From Dehalococcoidia bacterium (GTDB lineage Bacteria > Chloroflexota > Dehalococcoidia > Dehalococcoidales > G020351185): 48,985 bases of DNA. Positions within the stretch are counted from its first letter, which is position 1. Every line of letters starts with the position of its first letter. The stretch covers positions 1,314,077 to 1,363,061 of the forward strand of contig CP070729.1 of assembly GCA_020351185.1 (NCBI GenBank), in the 5' to 3' direction. The notes under the pieces were generated by a model. It had not been told where the DNA came from. It ran no database searches and worked only from the letters and a program-made list of their open reading frames with translations. Below are positions 47,943 through 48,985 of this stretch, piece by piece. A program made the translations under genes and the position numbers.

Positions 47943-48549
47943 TATTTTATTCGATAACAATCTTGAGTATATCAAAAGTATTAATCGATTATGGGTGGAT
48001 GTATATCCTTTTCTGGTTGATGCAATAATAGAAAAATATAGAAGAAACAGTGGAAGAGTGCTTGAAATCGGCCCTTTCTCTGGGGGTATAACTGTGGAAT
48101 TAGCTAGACGATACTCAAAGATGCAATTTAGTATCTACACTTGGCAAAAAGATGTCAAGGATTACATAAAGGAAGAGATCGATAAAGCCAAATTAAAAGA
48201 GAGAGTAAAGATATATATCGGCCCTAGTAAAACGTTTGAAATTTATAATAATTGTTTTGATTTAATAATTTCCCGAGGTGCCTTATTCTTTTTGGACAGT
48301 AATCTCTTTAAAGAAACTTACAGGATCATGTGCCCAGGGGGATTGGGTTATATTGGAGGAGGCTACGGTTATAAAACTCCTCAAGCATTGATTGATAAAA
48401 TACATGCTGAATCTCATTGGCTTAACCAGCAATTGGGGAAAAATTGGGTATCTAAGGATTGGCTTGAAAACCTTTTACTAGATGTTCAATTGTCAAATAG
48501 ATGTCATATCGAAGAAAAGGGTGGTCTATGGGTAATACTCCGCAAATAG
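47935..48549 (+). CDS. class I SAM-dependent methyltransferase-like protein
   Basis: VLEIGPFSGGITVELA (motif I) and DLIISRGALFF (motif II-like). Overlaps the YqeB-like gene by 8 nt. Confidence 0.55.
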   Translation: MNNILFDNNLEYIKSINRLWVDVYPFLVDAIIEKYRRNSGRVLEIGPFSGGITVELARRYSKMQFSIYTWQKDVKDYIKEEIDKAKLKERVKIYIGPSKTFEIYNNCFDLIISRGALFFLDSNLFKETYRIMCPGGLGYIGGGYGYKTPQALIDKIHAESHWLNQQLGKNWVSKDWLENLLLDVQLSNRCHIEEKGGLWVILRK

Positions 48550-48591
48550 ATTCAGTCTTACTAAAAATACAAGATAAATTACATCTATATT

Positions 48592-48936
48592 CTAGCCTAA
48601 AAGTTTTTCAAGAATTGCCTTATTGGCACCAAAATATACTTTCTCTCCTATGCGGATCACAGGTCTGCGTATGAATCGTGGTTCTTGCAACATTAATTTG
48701 ATCAGTTCTTTATTGTTCAACTTATCCTGTTTTAATCCCAATTTCTTTAAGCTAGGGCTTTTAAAATTAAACATCTTAGAAGCTGATTCGCCCTTTAATA
48801 GTTCCTCTATTTCATCCTTATCGAATGGGTATTTAAAAAAATCACGCTCATTTATTTTCACATTTTGTTGCGAAAGAAACTCTTTCGCTTTACGACATGT
48901 GTTTCATCTTACCCAGCAATAGAAGTCAACTTTCAT
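48592..48936 (-). CDS. ArsC/Spx-family thioredoxin-fold protein, probable selenoprotein (UxxC; in-frame TGA at 48904-48906)
   Basis: The ATG at 48936 gives MKVDFYCWVR-U-NTCRKAKEFLSQQNVKINERDFF..., continuous with the 89-aa track ORF. U aligns with the first Cys of the Spx CxxC. A hairpin lies downstream. Confidence 0.7.
48870..48888 (-). promoter_or_regulatory. putative bacterial SECIS hairpin
   Basis: On the minus strand: GCGAAAG-AGTTT-CTTTCGC, a 7-bp stem with GU in the loop, starting 15 nt after the in-frame TGA. Confidence 0.5.
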
Positions 48937-48985
48937 TTATGATATTTTCTCTTTCATAAATAAATTGTCACCAACTAAAAAATAA

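Noticed and set aside
48592-48861. 89-aa GTG-start version of the ArsC/Spx-like gene.
   Set aside because: It would lack the N-terminal redox motif and first beta-alpha unit of the fold. The upstream in-frame sequence with TGA at the CxxC position explains the gene better.
1-48985. Scan for CRISPR arrays, IS elements or transposases, integrases, prophage genes and rRNA.
   Set aside because: I found none. The only repeats noticed are the intragenic ones at 31.4-32.5 kb.

Overview
AT-rich (about 40% GC by eye) bacterial chromosomal window, densely packed with housekeeping genes. Gene blocks in order: rpsO-pnp-dapB-asd-dapA; purA; an inositol-lipid cluster; truB-rbfA-infB-ylxR-nusA; rplL-rplJ-rplA-rplK-nusG-secE-rpmG-tuf-tRNA(Thr); plsY; lpdA-gcvH; thrS-infC-rpmI-rplT. 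Gene order and family content suggest a Chloroflexota/Dehalococcoidia-like organism; this is inference only. I saw no rRNA, CRISPR array, transposase or integrase. Five items stand out. (1) A six-gene arsR-arsD-arsA operon (39.2-44.0 kb) has intact metalloid-binding cysteines but no ArsB/Acr3 pump. It carries instead a membrane-anchored protein, a CcdA/DsbD-type thiol-electron transporter and a Tat-signal GcvH-like lipoyl-carrier protein with the lipoyl-lysine conserved. I flag this as a candidate undescribed extracytoplasmic dithiol/arsenic system. (2) An ArsC/Spx-family gene at the 3' end reads through an in-frame TGA placed at the first Cys of the CxxC motif (UxxC). A SECIS-like hairpin lies 15 nt downstream and a YqeB-family selenium-related gene sits next to it. 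(3) A 647-aa, roughly 45% alanine, Glu/Lys-rich repetitive protein has a C-terminal tail anchor. (4) A three-module fusion joins GAF, a PD-(D/E)xK-like domain and hypoxanthine phosphoribosyltransferase. (5) Smaller oddities: a DUF5679-like zinc-ribbon gene broken by an in-frame TAA; a tRNA-Thr whose acceptor strands do not pair; an N-terminally extended L7/L12; a Cys4 insertion in EF-Tu; an AUA-start infC; and leader terminators upstream of nusA, rplJ and thrS. All family assignments come from reading motifs by eye. No database search was run.
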